Assembly: GCA_019113245.1 (NCBI GenBank)
Contig: DXHU01000013.1
Span: 6,965-70,964, forward strand
Source: Candidatus Ornithospirochaeta avicola
Lineage (GTDB): Bacteria; Spirochaetota; Spirochaetia; Sphaerochaetales; Sphaerochaetaceae
Direction of reading: 5' to 3'
DNA: 64,000 bases
Below are positions 10,919 to 21,865 of this stretch, piece after piece (position 1 is the stretch's first letter; each line of letters begins with the position of its first letter). A model generated the notes under the pieces. That model did not search any database. It had not been told where the DNA came from and worked only from the letters and a program-made list of their open reading frames with translations. Made by a program: the position numbers and the translations under genes.

Positions 10919-11612
10919 TTATCGGCAGTCCATGGCTTGGAGCCTCGGAGAGCCTAACACTTCTAGGAATAATTGTAGATAACACTAAATCCTTAAAATA
11001 AGAGGAAACATCGTCTACAACATCCTGATCAAGCAGATTCCTTCTTGAATACATATTGAAAACAATTCCCATGATTTTTAGATCCTGGTTGAATGTCTTC
11101 TTTACACTGTTTATGGTCTTCATAAGAAGATTCAGACCTTCCATTGCAAGATATTCACACTGTAAAGGAATAATTACATATTCACACCAGGCTAAAGCAT
11201 TCATCGTCTCAAGACCCAGCGCAGGAGGACAGTCAAGCAAAATGAAATCAAACATATCATCTAACTCACGCAGAGCGTGCTTAAGATAATATTCTCTTTC
11301 ATTCTCATTGACCAGTTCTACAGACAGTCCAGCTGTATCAACAGAACCAGGAATAAGATAAAGATTATTGCATATTGTAGACTGAATACCATCCTTGGCA
11401 TTCTTCTCTCCAGATATAATCTGATAAATCGTTGTTTTTCTACCATCTCCAGAAACAGAGCTTGTAAGATTAGTCTGAGAATCAAAGTCTATAAGAAGAA
11501 CTTTATAACCCATTTCAGCAAGACTTGACCCTACATTAACACATACGGTCGTTTTGCCGACTCCTCCTTTCTGGTTAAAGAATATAATCTTATGAGCTTT
11601 CATGTAATTCAT
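10842..11612 (-). CDS. parA: Chromosome partitioning ATPase ParA/Soj
   Basis: Deviant Walker A 'NQKGGVGKTT', 256 aa, directly upstream of parB. Confidence 0.9.
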   Translation of the reverse strand: MNYMKAHKIIFFNQKGGVGKTTVCVNVGSSLAEMGYKVLLIDFDSQTNLTSSVSGDGRKTTIYQIISGEKNAKDGIQSTICNNLYLIPGSVDTAGLSVELVNENEREYYLKHALRELDDMFDFILLDCPPALGLETMNALAWCEYVIIPLQCEYLAMEGLNLLMKTINSVKKTFNQDLKIMGIVFNMYSRRNLLDQDVVDDVSSYFKDLVLSTIIPRSVRLSEAPSHGLPINVYEKNNNAAKAFKALAKEVVERAK

Positions 11613-11693
11613 TTTAATTTAATAAAATATATTTGTCGATACACAACTTGAAAGAGTAAGTGGAATAATATAAAGTATACACAGGAGAAAATT

Positions 11694-11918
11694 ATGGTAG
11701 AAAAAATAAAAGAAGCAATAAATGCAATAAGACCCGCATTACAGAATGACGGGGGAGATATCGAGTTTCTCAGAGTAGAAGGCAAAAACGTCTATGTACG
11801 CCTTGTAGGAGCATGTGCCGGATGTCCAATGAGCCAGATCACTCTTTCAAATGGAGTACAGAGATATCTTAGAGAAGCTGTAGACCCAGATTTAACTGTA
11901 ATCAACGCAGCAGAATAA
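11694..11918 (+). CDS. NifU-like (Nfu-type) Fe-S cluster scaffold domain protein
   Basis: 74 aa with 'GACAGCPMSQITL' CxxC motif. Confidence 0.8.
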   Translation: MVEKIKEAINAIRPALQNDGGDIEFLRVEGKNVYVRLVGACAGCPMSQITLSNGVQRYLREAVDPDLTVINAAE

Positions 11919-11924
11919 ACCAGA

Positions 11925-11940
11925 TGTTTCACGTGAAACA
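11925..11940. promoter_or_regulatory. parS: parS site 1 (perfect palindrome TGTTTCACGTGAAACA)
   Basis: Exact match to the canonical 16-bp parS consensus TGTTNCACGTGAAACA. Confidence 0.85.
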
Positions 11941-11960
11941 AAAAACAAATATTTATATCA

Positions 11961-11976
11961 TGTTTCACGTGAAACA
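11961..11976. promoter_or_regulatory. parS: parS site 2 (TGTTTCACGTGAAACA)
   Basis: Second identical 16-mer, 36 bp after site 1. Confidence 0.85.
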
Positions 11977-12052
11977 ATTTCCAACAAAACATTCTTCCAT
12001 TTATTTAAAGTTTCAGCAATCAAAATCATTTTATATATTTCTTTCTTTTGTG

Positions 12053-12068
12053 TGTTTCACGTGGAACA
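12053..12068. promoter_or_regulatory. parS: parS site 3 (TGTTTCACGTGGAACA)
   Basis: Reverse complement equals TGTTCCACGTGAAACA, the classic Bacillus-type parS. Confidence 0.8.
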
Positions 12069-12311
12069 TTCTTTTTTATCTCGTGTATTAATAAATTAAT
12101 ATGGACTGAAATTGACAGCTCTTCTTTCAGGTCTGTTATTTTTCGATTTAAACTCATGCCTTAATCTCTTTTTCTCAAAACCTGCATTTAGATGGCTTTA
12201 AATAAAGGTTTTTCTTTTAAATTACTATATATAGATACAAAAATATTTGAAAATATTTCCTATTTTCTACTATAGAATAGGGTATATTTTGTAGTTTTTT
12301 TCGAGAGATAT

Positions 12312-12330
12312 GGGGCCCTTTTCAGGCCCC
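12312..12330 (-). terminator. GC hairpin just downstream of gyrA (weak terminator candidate)
   Basis: GGGGCC (12312-12317) ... GGCCCC (12325-12330). No clean U-tract on the minus strand. Confidence 0.3.
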
Positions 12331-12337
12331 GTCTGAT

Positions 12338-14845
12338 TTAATTATTTTCTTCAGGCTCTTCCTGGACTTCTTCTTCGTCCTGCTCTTCCTGATATCTCGT
12401 TATAGCCATTGCATTTATGCTGTCATTTGCTTTCTTAAAAGCAGCTACTCTTACTCCGCGAGCGCTTCTTCCCTGAGTAGAGATATCTTTTGCATGTATT
12501 CTAAGAGCCTGTCCTTTCTTTGTAATAATGATGATGTCATCCTCATCAGATACAGCAAAGGCGTCAACAATGCCATTTTCACCTTTTTCAATGGTATAGA
12601 TCTTCTGACCCATTGTTCCTCTTCCATGCGCCATGAATTCGGAGAACTTTACTTTCTTTCCTTTACCATTTTCTGTAACCATGATGATTTCCTTGTCATC
12701 ACTTACTTTAACAAGACCTCTGATTTCATCAGAATCAGAAAGCTTCATAGCTCTGACTCCATGAGTGCCACGACCCATTGTTCTTACATTATCTGCACTT
12801 GTTCTGAGGCCTTTTCCTTCTTTTGTCACAAACATGACGTCATCTGATTCATTGACAAAAATTGCTTTTTCAAGCTCATCACCCTCATCGAGAATAATTG
12901 CTTTAACTCCTCTTACTTTTGCATTTATGAAGTCATTGAGCCTTACTTTCTTTGTCACAGCATTTCTTGTAAGCATCATAATATATTCATTCTCATCGAA
13001 CTCTGGGAATGTAATTACTGCTGTAACCTTCTCGTTATTGTCAATCTGTACAATGCTCTTGATACTTGTTCCCTTTGCTGTCTTTGCGTTTTCCGGGATA
13101 TCAAAAGCCTTTACATAATATGCCTTGCCGAGATTTGTGACAAACATGATGATATCATGGCTTGAACAGATGAAGAGATGCTGGACAAAGTCATTATCAA
13201 CAAGCTTTGCACCGATTGTTCCTTTCCCGCCTCTCTTCTGAGCTCTGTACTCATCAATAGGAATACGCTTTGCAAAGCCTTTATTAGTAATAGAGACTAC
13301 AACTTCTTCCTTCTTGATGAAATCCTCAGGGGAGGAGTCTTCAAGCTCTCTTTCTGATATCTCAGTCCTTCTTCTGTCCCCATATGTCTCACCGATTTTG
13401 ATCAGCTCATCCTTTACTACAGCAAGAATCTTCTTCTCATCAGCAAGAAGATCTTTGTAATATATGATTTTCTGCTCAAGATCAGCTAGTTCATTTAGAA
13501 TCTTTTCAGTCTCAAGATGAGAAAGCCTTCCAAGCTTCATGTCTATAATGGCATCTGCCTGGATCTGAGTAAGAGAGAAGGCTTTCTGAAGCTCAAGAGA
13601 TGCAACTGCATTATCTTCAGCTTCCTTGATGATCCTGATTACTTCATCTATGTTGTCAAGTCCTATTTTAAGACCCTCAAGTATATGTGCTCTCTCTTCA
13701 GCTTTCTTTAGATCATACCTTGTTCTTCTTGTGACAACCTCTTCTCTGTGCTTGATATAGCAAGAAAGCATGTCTTTCAGATTGAACAGGCGAGGAACAC
13801 CGCCATCCAGTGCAAGATTGTAAGCATTGAAGTTTGCCTGAAGCTGTGTCTTTGAAAAAAGCATGTTGAGCACAATATTTGCTACAGCATCCTGCTTGAG
13901 CTCTACAACAATCCTTATTCCATCTCGGCCGGACTCATCTCGCACCTGGGAAATTCCCTTTATGACATCATCCTTTCTCAGTTCATCAATTTTCTTTACA
14001 AGCTCGCTCTTGTTGACCTGATAAGGAATCTCTGTGAAAACAATTCTGTCTCTTCCATGAGCTTCCTCTATCTCATAACGGCTTCTGATTACTATCTTTC
14101 CCTTTCCGGTAGTAAAGGCATCCATTATTCCTTTTTTACCGCAAATGATGCCGTATGATGGAAAGTCCGGTCCTTTTATGTACTCAGAAAGCTCAAATAT
14201 GCTTAAGTTAGGATTATCAATTAAAGCACATGCTCCATCAACAACCTCTTTAAGGTTATGCGGTGCAAGGTTTGTTGCCATACCTACAGCGATACCGGAT
14301 GATCCGTTTACAAGAAGGAAAGGGAATGCTGAAGGAAGCACTACCGGTTCCTTTGTGGACTCATCATAGTTAGGCATGAAATCGACAGTATCTTTTCCTA
14401 TATCAGCAAGCATTTCCTCACCAAGGCGGCTGAGTTTAGCTTCTGTATATCGCATTGCAGCCGGTGGGTCTCCGTCAATTGAGCCGAAGTTTCCCTGTGG
14501 CTTTACAACAGGATAGCGGAGAGAGAAATCCTGACCAAGGCGGACAAGAGCATCATAAACGGATGCATCTCCATGCGGGTGATACTTACCCAGAACGTCT
14601 CCGACAACACGGGCACATTTCTTTGTGGCTCCTCCGGCCTTGAGACCGATTTCCCACATATCGTAAAGAATTCTTCTGTGTACAGGTTTAAGACCGTCTC
14701 TCACATCAGGCAGAGCACGGCTGATGATTACGGACATAGCATAATTTAAATAACTTGTCCTCATCTCTGTGGAAAGATCTGCCTGTATTACTTTTCCAAG
14801 ATGTTCTTCCTGAATATTTTCATCCATATAATCTTCCTCATACAT
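12338..14845 (-). CDS. gyrA: DNA gyrase subunit A
   Basis: 'AAMRYTE' active-site region, QRDR-like '[13 protein letters not shown]', C-terminal beta-pinwheel repeats, acidic tail. Confidence 0.97.
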   Translation of the reverse strand: MYEEDYMDENIQEEHLGKVIQADLSTEMRTSYLNYAMSVIISRALPDVRDGLKPVHRRILYDMWEIGLKAGGATKKCARVVGDVLGKYHPHGDASVYDALVRLGQDFSLRYPVVKPQGNFGSIDGDPPAAMRYTEAKLSRLGEEMLADIGKDTVDFMPNYDESTKEPVVLPSAFPFLLVNGSSGIAVGMATNLAPHNLKEVVDGACALIDNPNLSIFELSEYIKGPDFPSYGIICGKKGIMDAFTTGKGKIVIRSRYEIEEAHGRDRIVFTEIPYQVNKSELVKKIDELRKDDVIKGISQVRDESGRDGIRIVVELKQDAVANIVLNMLFSKTQLQANFNAYNLALDGGVPRLFNLKDMLSCYIKHREEVVTRRTRYDLKKAEERAHILEGLKIGLDNIDEVIRIIKEAEDNAVASLELQKAFSLTQIQADAIIDMKLGRLSHLETEKILNELADLEQKIIYYKDLLADEKKILAVVKDELIKIGETYGDRRRTEISERELEDSSPEDFIKKEEVVVSITNKGFAKRIPIDEYRAQKRGGKGTIGAKLVDNDFVQHLFICSSHDIIMFVTNLGKAYYVKAFDIPENAKTAKGTSIKSIVQIDNNEKVTAVITFPEFDENEYIMMLTRNAVTKKVRLNDFINAKVRGVKAIILDEGDELEKAIFVNESDDVMFVTKEGKGLRTSADNVRTMGRGTHGVRAMKLSDSDEIRGLVKVSDDKEIIMVTENGKGKKVKFSEFMAHGRGTMGQKIYTIEKGENGIVDAFAVSDEDDIIIITKKGQALRIHAKDISTQGRSARGVRVAAFKKANDSINAMAITRYQEEQDEEEVQEEPEENN

Positions 14846-16847
14846 CCAGAACGCTTACATATGTAGCATTCTGCTCGATAAACTCACGTCTTGGCTCGAC
14901 ATCCTCACCCATAAGCATGGAAAAGACTCTGTCTGCTTCTTCAGCATCTGAAAGATGGACCTGACCGATCATTCTTGTTTCCGGATTCATGGTTGTCTCC
15001 CAGAGCTCTTCTTTCTCCATTTCTCCAAGACCCTTATAGCGCTGTGTTGACACCTTGTTCTCATCTCCCTGCGCATATTCGTCTATTATCTTTCTCTTTT
15101 CCTCTTCCTGATATGCATAGAACACTTTCTTGCCAATTGTAATCTTATAAAGAGGCGGCATTGCGAAATACACATATCCTGCTTCGATAAGAGGCTTCAT
15201 ATAACGGAAGAAGAAAGTAAGCAACAATGTCCTGATATGGGATCCATCGACATCAGCATCTGCCATAATGATGATTTTATGATATCGTACCTTGCTTAAA
15301 TCAAAAGTCTTCTCATCTTCAGATTTCTCATCATGATCACTTTTTGATTCGTTGTATCTGGTAATTCCTGCCCCGATTGTCTGAATCACAGGATGAAGCT
15401 TGTCGTTGTTCAGAACCTTTGCTTCCTGTGCTTTTTCTACATTGAGCATCTTGCCCCAAAGAGGAAGGATTGCCTGGAAACGGCTGTCTCTTCCCTGTTT
15501 TGCTGTTCCGCCGGCAGAATCACCCTCAACGATGAAAACTTCACATTTTGCCGGATCCTTTTCAGAGCAGTCTGCAAGCTTTCCAGGAAGTCCGCCGCCC
15601 TCACTTTTCTTTCTTATGTTCTCTCGGGCTTTTCTTGCGGCTATTCTTCCGATAGCTGCACTTGTAACCTTATCTAGAAGCTTGTCTATCTCATCTGGGA
15701 ACTCATCAAAATGATTGTTCAAGTTCTCATAGACAAGAGAGTCGACGATTCCTCTTACAGCAGAATCACCGAGCTTCATCTTTGTCTGCCCTTCAAACTG
15801 TGGGCTTGGTATCTTCACAGAAACTATGGCTGTAAGACCTTCTGCTATATCGCTTCCTTCAAGGTTCTCTGAATATTTTTTGAGATACTTAGGATTCTTT
15901 TTCAGCTGATTGTTGATACATCGCGATAAAGCGGTCCTGAATCCGATGAGGTGGGTTCCGCCTTCTCTTGTATTGATGTTGTTTACAAATGTATAGACTT
16001 TCTCATCATACTTGTCGTTGTACTGGATTGCTATCTCAACAGCTACCATTTTCTTTGATGACTCAATCATTTTCTTGCCTTCAAAATAAATAGGCTCAAA
16101 GAGAGTCGTCTTGTACTCATTGAGATATTTTACAAAGCTTGCAAGTCCACCTTCAGCATGGAGTGTATCAGTCCTTACTTCTTCCCCTCTGTTGTCTGTG
16201 ATTCTTATTGTTATTCCCTTATTGAGGAATGAAAGCTCTCTGAAACGGGTAAGAAGGGTATCATAATTGAAGCTGTTTCTCTCCATGATGGAGAAATCAG
16301 GAGTGAATCTAACCAATGTTCCTGTCTTGTCTGCTTCCCCGACAGTCTCCACATCTGTAACAGGAATTCCTCTAGAGAAAGTCTGTCTGTATGCTTTTCC
16401 ATCCCTGTATACGGTTGCCTCCAGCATGTCAGAAAGAGCGTTTACACAAGAAACGCCGACTCCATGAAGTCCTCCAGAGACCTTATACGCATCATTGTCG
16501 AATTTTCCTCCGGCGTGAAGCTGGGTAAGAACAACTTCAAGAGTGCTTTTGTTCTCTGTCTGATGCATGTCTACAGGAATACCGCGGCCATTATCAAGAA
16601 CTGAGCAGATTTCCCTTCCATTCTCATCATAGGAAAGAGAGACATCAATCATATCACAGAAGCCAGCCATGGCCTCGTCAATAGAGTTGTCCACAACTTC
16701 ATAAACAAGATGATGAAGGCCGTCAATACCAGTTGATCCAATATACATTCCAGGACGTTCTCTAACCGGTTCAAGCCCCTTCAGGACCTTGATTTCCTGT
16801 CCTGTGTATTCAGCAGCCTTCTTTTTCATTTCTTCGCTGTTTGTCAT
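14838..16847 (-). CDS. gyrB: DNA gyrase subunit B
   Basis: GHKL ATPase '[16 protein letters not shown]', 'GGLHGVG', Toprim 'EGDSAGG'. Overlaps gyrA by 8 nt. Confidence 0.97.
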   Translation of the reverse strand: MTNSEEMKKKAAEYTGQEIKVLKGLEPVRERPGMYIGSTGIDGLHHLVYEVVDNSIDEAMAGFCDMIDVSLSYDENGREICSVLDNGRGIPVDMHQTENKSTLEVVLTQLHAGGKFDNDAYKVSGGLHGVGVSCVNALSDMLEATVYRDGKAYRQTFSRGIPVTDVETVGEADKTGTLVRFTPDFSIMERNSFNYDTLLTRFRELSFLNKGITIRITDNRGEEVRTDTLHAEGGLASFVKYLNEYKTTLFEPIYFEGKKMIESSKKMVAVEIAIQYNDKYDEKVYTFVNNINTREGGTHLIGFRTALSRCINNQLKKNPKYLKKYSENLEGSDIAEGLTAIVSVKIPSPQFEGQTKMKLGDSAVRGIVDSLVYENLNNHFDEFPDEIDKLLDKVTSAAIGRIAARKARENIRKKSEGGGLPGKLADCSEKDPAKCEVFIVEGDSAGGTAKQGRDSRFQAILPLWGKMLNVEKAQEAKVLNNDKLHPVIQTIGAGITRYNESKSDHDEKSEDEKTFDLSKVRYHKIIIMADADVDGSHIRTLLLTFFFRYMKPLIEAGYVYFAMPPLYKITIGKKVFYAYQEEEKRKIIDEYAQGDENKVSTQRYKGLGEMEKEELWETTMNPETRMIGQVHLSDAEEADRVFSMLMGEDVEPRREFIEQNATYVSVLDV

Positions 16848-17074
16848 TATTTTTTTCCTTTATTATCTGCTGTGAAAAACACATCCGGGTAAAACCCGGA
16901 ATATATGTAATTTTATCATTTTAAGAAAATAATTGCAAGGAAACATCTGAAATAGAAACATTATATAACTTATTGCATCAGATATACTTACTAAGAAAAA
17001 CAACTCAGTTGTTCTTTTTATGTTGTTTTACTTCGATTTCTTGTCTAAAATTAAGCTGTTCAGAGATAGTAACA

Positions 17075-18406
17075 ATGTTGAAGGATTCATGGTTAAAAAC
17101 AAAGGAGCAGCTTTCTGCATCGCTGCCTGGAACAAAGAAAAGATGGCTTGATAATGCCGAGTATGTTTCTGAAGATAATGACAGCATAAAACTGTCTTTT
17201 TCAAGCCAGTTCTATAAGGATAATTTTGACAAACAGTGTAAAACTGAAGTTGAGAACACTATCAGCGAATTTGAAGACCGGCATATCAGATGTACTTTTT
17301 CTATAGACAAGGACAGAGCAAAGGAAAAGGCTGAAAACGTCCCTGAAAAAAAGGAAGAAATCAAACAGGAAACAAAGAAAAACGAAACTCTCAATCCTTC
17401 CTACTTATTTGACAACTTCATCATCGGAGAAAACAACCTCTTTGCTGCAAATGTGGCACGTGTAATTGCAAAAAACCCCGGCACAAGCTACAACCCATGC
17501 CTGATATATGGAGGAGTAGGGCTTGGAAAAACCCACCTTATCCAGGCAATAGGAAACTACATATATTCCCATAATCCTAAAATGAAAGTCATATATGTAA
17601 CTGCTGAAACTTTTACAAACGAGCTTATTCATGCAATCTCTGCAAAAACAGCAAACAATAAGTTCAAGCAGAAATACAGATCTGCGGATGTGCTTCTGAT
17701 TGACGATATACACTTTCTTTCAGGGAAGGAATCTACACAGGAAGAGATATTCCACACATTCAATGAACTTACAGACAAGAACAAGCAGGTTGTCTTTACT
17801 TGTGACAGACCAATCAGTGAGCTTGTAGGAATAAATGAAAGGCTTATCACAAGATTCAGAAAAGGAACAAATGTAGATCTGCAGCCTCCTAAATATGAAA
17901 CAAGGATGGCAATTGCAAAAAAGAAGTGTCAGACACTCAATTTCAATCTTTCAGATCAGGTTCTTGAATTTGTATGCCAGAACATAAATACGAATGTAAG
18001 GGATCTTGAAGGTGCTATAACAACTTTACAGGCATTTTCCAATCTTGTAGGAAAAGAGATAACAAAGGAAATTGCAGCAGAACATATAAAAAACTTCATC
18101 CCTGTTCAGATGATTAAGAACAATGATATATCCATTGACCAGATTATCAGGGAGACTTCCAGGTATTTCAGCATTTCTGAATATGAGATAAAAGGCAAGA
18201 GCAGAAACAAGACAGTCACTATAGCAAGGCATATTGCAATGTATCTTGCAAGCACACTTACAAATCTTTCTTTATCTGAAATAGGAAACTTCTTCAATGG
18301 AAAGGATCATACAACAGTAGTGTATGCAATAAAGAAGATAGAGAGTGCTGAAGAGAATGATGAAAGCCTGAAAGAAGCAATAAACAAAATAAAAGAGTCT
18401 TTCTAA
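17075..18406 (+). CDS. dnaA: Chromosomal replication initiator DnaA
   Basis: Walker A 'GGVGLGKTHL', 'LLIDDIHFL', C-terminal DNA-binding 'DHTTVVYA'. Start set at ATG 17075 ('MLKDSW'). The 16973 TTG extension looks non-coding. Confidence 0.95.
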   Translation: MLKDSWLKTKEQLSASLPGTKKRWLDNAEYVSEDNDSIKLSFSSQFYKDNFDKQCKTEVENTISEFEDRHIRCTFSIDKDRAKEKAENVPEKKEEIKQETKKNETLNPSYLFDNFIIGENNLFAANVARVIAKNPGTSYNPCLIYGGVGLGKTHLIQAIGNYIYSHNPKMKVIYVTAETFTNELIHAISAKTANNKFKQKYRSADVLLIDDIHFLSGKESTQEEIFHTFNELTDKNKQVVFTCDRPISELVGINERLITRFRKGTNVDLQPPKYETRMAIAKKKCQTLNFNLSDQVLEFVCQNINTNVRDLEGAITTLQAFSNLVGKEITKEIAAEHIKNFIPVQMIKNNDISIDQIIRETSRYFSISEYEIKGKSRNKTVTIARHIAMYLASTLTNLSLSEIGNFFNGKDHTTVVYAIKKIESAEENDESLKEAINKIKESF

Positions 18407-18676
18407 ATTTTTTTGTGAAAAAGGTGGTGAAAAACTGTTGATAACATGTTTATATCCTGTTGATAACTTCGTGTATTAAGTTAATAATTTAAAAGAAAAT
18501 AGTGAAGATAAAAACATAGCTGTTGAAATTGTGGAAAACCTTTTGAGTTATTAACAACTTTTTCCACAGCCTATTTTATTAAAATTAAAGAAAATAGTTC
18601 ATTTTTCCACCAAATTCACATATACTACTACTATTACTAGATATTATCTATCTTAGTAGATATAAAAGGAGTCGAA
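18407..18676. other. oriC: oriC candidate (DnaA-box cluster + AT-rich unwinding region)
   Basis: TGTGGAAAA 18530-18538, TTTTCCACA 18560-18568, TTTTCCACC 18603-18611, TGTGAAAAA 18414-18422, TGTTGATAA at 18436-18444 and 18458-18466. AT-rich tracts at 18570-18660. dnaA-dnaN intergenic position and a leading-strand gene-orientation switch around it. Confidence 0.7.
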
Positions 18677-19783
18677 ATGAAATTTCTTGCAAAATGCGAA
18701 GATATGAGAAGAGAGCTTTCATATGCTCTTAACTTCACAACAAAAAGAAATGCTCTTTCAATTACAAGCAATATTCTTCTTGATAACAACAATAACTGTC
18801 TTACAATCAAGGCAACTGATCAGAAAAACGGATTCATATCTTCTTTTCCATGCGAGACAATCGTACCTGGAAGAACAACAGTAATCTGTGAGAAACTTCT
18901 TGATGTTCTTAAATTCATCAACGGAGAAGTTGATCTTGAGATTTCTGAGGAAAATGAGAAGCTTTCTGTAAAGAACAGTCAGGACAATAGTTTCTTGATG
19001 AACATCAGGACTATAAGTGCTGATAAATTTCCTTCTCTTGATGAAAGAGGAGACCTTGAATTCTTCAATATCAGGCAGAGCTCTTTCTTCGATATGATAG
19101 ACAAAACAGCATTTGCTGTTGGAAAAGAAGAGACAAGACATTTTCTTACTGGTGTTTTCATGGAAAGAAATGAAGATGGAAAGCTTGTTATGGTTGCAAC
19201 TGACGGAAAGAGACTTGCTTGTGTAAAGAGGGCCTTTGAGCAGGAGATACCTTCCTTCTCACCTTCCATTCTTCCTGTTTCATTCCTCAATAACCTGAAA
19301 AGCATAGGAAGCGGAGATGGAATACTGTCAATTGCAATAAAGGATCAGTGTGTTTATGCAAATATTGAAGGGCATTATATATATTCTCTTCTTGTGAGCG
19401 GCAATTATCCTGTTTATCAGAAAGTCATTCCTTCAAGCTTTGAGTATACAGTCACATGCGATAAAGATGCTCTTGTAAATGCTATTTCTCTTATATCTGC
19501 CATGATTGAGCTTAAGAACAGGAAAGTTCTTTTCAATCTCAATATTGATGGCATCATGATAAGCGGAGAGGATGAGAACGGAGATATAAAGAATATAGTT
19601 CCTTGTTCTTACGAAGGGGAAGAAATGCTTTTATCATTCAATTCACAGTTCCTTCTTGAATCAATAAAGAAGATTGACAGCAAGAACATAGCAATGCTGA
19701 TCAACTCAAACAAGAGCGCTGTAGGAATCATAAGTGAACCTGAAAGTGATTATATATACATAATCATGCCAATGCAGAACTGA
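18677..19783 (+). CDS. dnaN: DNA polymerase III beta sliding clamp
   Basis: 368 aa, position after dnaA, RBS AAAGGAG, typical three-domain length. Confidence 0.93.
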   Translation: MKFLAKCEDMRRELSYALNFTTKRNALSITSNILLDNNNNCLTIKATDQKNGFISSFPCETIVPGRTTVICEKLLDVLKFINGEVDLEISEENEKLSVKNSQDNSFLMNIRTISADKFPSLDERGDLEFFNIRQSSFFDMIDKTAFAVGKEETRHFLTGVFMERNEDGKLVMVATDGKRLACVKRAFEQEIPSFSPSILPVSFLNNLKSIGSGDGILSIAIKDQCVYANIEGHYIYSLLVSGNYPVYQKVIPSSFEYTVTCDKDALVNAISLISAMIELKNRKVLFNLNIDGIMISGEDENGDIKNIVPCSYEGEEMLLSFNSQFLLESIKKIDSKNIAMLINSNKSAVGIISEPESDYIYIIMPMQN

Positions 19784-20871
19784 TGAGATTTATTGATATA
19801 GAAATAATGAATTTCAGAAACATATCCTCGCAGAAAGTTGACACTGACTGTGAGGATATTGTTCTTCTTGGATTAAACGGAATGGGAAAGACAAATTTCC
19901 TTGAAGCAATATACACTCTTTGCTATGGTTCATCTTTCAAGACAAGCGTACTTAAAGAAACAATACAGCATAAAAGTCCTTCTTTCTTTTTAAAAGCAGA
20001 TTTTGTAAGCGATCTTGGTTTGAAAGAAAACATTTCATTTTTCTATGATGGAGTAAAAAGAAACATAAGGCTTAATGATAATGAAATAAAGGACAGAAAA
20101 GAGCTTGTAAGTGCATTTCCATGCATAATATTTTCTCATGAGGACCTTGCATTCATCCGTGGAGAGATGAGTGAGAGAAGAAGGTTCTTTGATCAGACTA
20201 TGAGTCTTTATCTTCCTTCTTTTCTTACTCTTATGAGAAACTACAAGAATATATTGCTAAAAAGGAACATGGCCATAAAAAGCCAGGAATACATGCTGCT
20301 AAGCATATATGACAGAAAACTTGCAACTCTAGGTTTTGAAATAATGAGTGAGAGAAAGAAGGCTGTTGATGAATTCAATGAAATTTTTCCTTCTCTTTTT
20401 GAAAAGATAGCTGGAAAGAATGATCTGTATATAAGCTATATGCCATCTTGGTCAAGTGCAGAGAGCGCTGATGATATTGCAAAAATACTTGAAGAAAAGA
20501 GAGAAACAGACAAGATTATGCTCACAACCACAACAGGAGTCCATCGTGATCGCTTTGTTATAAAAGACAGCAATGGCAATTTCGTACAGAGCGGATCAAC
20601 CGGGCAGCTCAGACTCTGTTCTCTTATTTTCCGTCTTGCAGAAGCTAGAATATTCACAAAAAAGAGTTCTAGAAAGCCTCTTCTTCTCTTAGATGATGTC
20701 CTTCTTGAGCTGGATGATGAAAAAAGAGCAAGATTTCTTGATGAACTTGATTCTTATTCACAGGCTTTCTTTACTTTTCTTCCACGCGAGAATTATTTTT
20801 CTGATGACAAGAAAAATGTGAGATACTTTAATGTATCAAACGGAGAGTACCGCCTTGAGCCAGTATTATAA
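19783..20871 (+). CDS. recF: DNA replication/repair protein RecF
   Basis: Walker A 'GLNGMGKTNFLEA', signature 'SGSTGQLR', Walker B 'LLLLDDV'. ATG overlaps the dnaN TGA. Confidence 0.93.
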   Translation: MRFIDIEIMNFRNISSQKVDTDCEDIVLLGLNGMGKTNFLEAIYTLCYGSSFKTSVLKETIQHKSPSFFLKADFVSDLGLKENISFFYDGVKRNIRLNDNEIKDRKELVSAFPCIIFSHEDLAFIRGEMSERRRFFDQTMSLYLPSFLTLMRNYKNILLKRNMAIKSQEYMLLSIYDRKLATLGFEIMSERKKAVDEFNEIFPSLFEKIAGKNDLYISYMPSWSSAESADDIAKILEEKRETDKIMLTTTTGVHRDRFVIKDSNGNFVQSGSTGQLRLCSLIFRLAEARIFTKKSSRKPLLLLDDVLLELDDEKRARFLDELDSYSQAFFTFLPRENYFSDDKKNVRYFNVSNGEYRLEPVL

Positions 20872-20899
20872 GGATATAAAGGAAATTCTCTCTTCTGAA

Positions 20900-21151
20900 A
20901 TGGAAAAGCTCAATATAAAGATTGAGAAGAGAAGAAGAGTTAAAGAGAATGAATGGGAATACATAGCAGGAGAGAACCTTTCAAAGCTCTGTTCCTTTTT
21001 AGGTGTTGATAAAAAAACATTGCTGATTAGTATAAGCACTTCTTCTGTCAGGACAATAGTTGAGCTGAATAAGAGAAACATAATAAAAAAATTTAATGAA
21101 AAACATCCGGAGAGTAAGGTAAGCTTCATTAAAATAATTTCAGATAGATGA
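20900..21151 (+). CDS. DUF721 domain protein (DciA-family candidate)
   Basis: 'WEYIAGENLSK...LLISISTSSVRTIVELNKRNIIKKFN' fits the DUF721 pattern. Conserved position after recF. Start moved to Met24 (20900) to avoid the recF overlap. Confidence 0.6.
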   Translation: MEKLNIKIEKRRRVKENEWEYIAGENLSKLCSFLGVDKKTLLISISTSSVRTIVELNKRNIIKKFNEKHPESKVSFIKIISDR

Positions 21152-21175
21152 GAAAAGTACAGAAATCTGTGATTA

Positions 21176-21205
21176 TTGACAAGGACGCCTTATTTTTGCT
21201 AAATT
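21176..21205 (+). promoter_or_regulatory. Sigma70-like promoter candidate for rpmH-rnpA-yidC-jag
   Basis: TTGACA (21176-21181), 18-nt spacer, TAAATT (21200-21205), about 75 nt upstream of the rpmH ATG. Confidence 0.35.
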
Positions 21206-21279
21206 CTTTGACTGGACTACTTTGTCTTTATTTAAATTGAAAAATACCGCTTTTACAGCGATGAAATTGGAGTATACTC

Positions 21280-21447
21280 ATGAGTTACAAAGGCAAGAGA
21301 ACTTACCAGCCGAGTAAGAGAAAGAGAACAAGAAAATTCGGCTTCAGAGCAAGAATGGCAACAAAGGGCGGACGCCTTGTGTTGGCAAGAAGAAGAGCAA
21401 AGGGCAGACACAACCTCACAGTCAGTGATGAGAAGAAGCCTTACTAA
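21280..21447 (+). CDS. rpmH: 50S ribosomal protein L34
   Basis: Not in the ORF track (55 aa). Manual translation '[55 protein letters not shown]' matches the L34 consensus. Confidence 0.9.
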   Translation: MSYKGKRTYQPSKRKRTRKFGFRARMATKGGRLVLARRRAKGRHNLTVSDEKKPY

Positions 21448-21790
21448 GATAGAGATATTAAGAAAAAAAGAAGACATTAATCGCATTTTTTCCAAGGGAA
21501 GAAGATATAACCTGGATGGAATGCGATTAATTAGTCTCTCAAACAATCTTTCTTATGACAGGTTCATCGTAATCCCGGCAAAGAAATATGGAAATTCTGT
21601 TGCGAGAAACAAAATCAGAAGACAGGCTAAAGAGATTTTCAGAAACTGGGAGAAAAGGCACTCAGATATAAACGGTGGTCAAAGCGATGGACTTGATATC
21701 ATCTTAGTAGTGTATCCGGGGAGGGTTTCCGGTTTTTCCTTGCTTGAGTCCGATTTTCATTCTTTATTGGACAGGATTATCCGGAAATAG
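21428..21790 (+). CDS. rnpA: Ribonuclease P protein component
   Basis: '[14 protein letters not shown]' RNR-type motif. Overlaps the rpmH end by 20 nt. Start at ATG 21428 (Met18 of ORF 21377..21790). Confidence 0.85.
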   Translation: MRRSLTKIEILRKKEDINRIFSKGRRYNLDGMRLISLSNNLSYDRFIVIPAKKYGNSVARNKIRRQAKEIFRNWEKRHSDINGGQSDGLDIILVVYPGRVSGFSLLESDFHSLLDRIIRK

Positions 21791-21865
21791 TTCCTATTTT
21801 CTCTTCATGCAGAGTTCCTATTCCTACTTTCCCGTATACAGCGTTTTTCTATTAAAGGAGAAATA

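Noticed and set aside
16973-17074. TTG-initiated N-terminal extension of dnaA
   Set aside because: It is a hydrophobic, Cys-rich peptide unlike DnaA domain I. The ATG at 17075 gives a normal N-terminus.
21253-21546. 97-aa minus-strand ORF
   Set aside because: It is antisense to rpmH and the rnpA start, and the L34 match on the plus strand is unambiguous.
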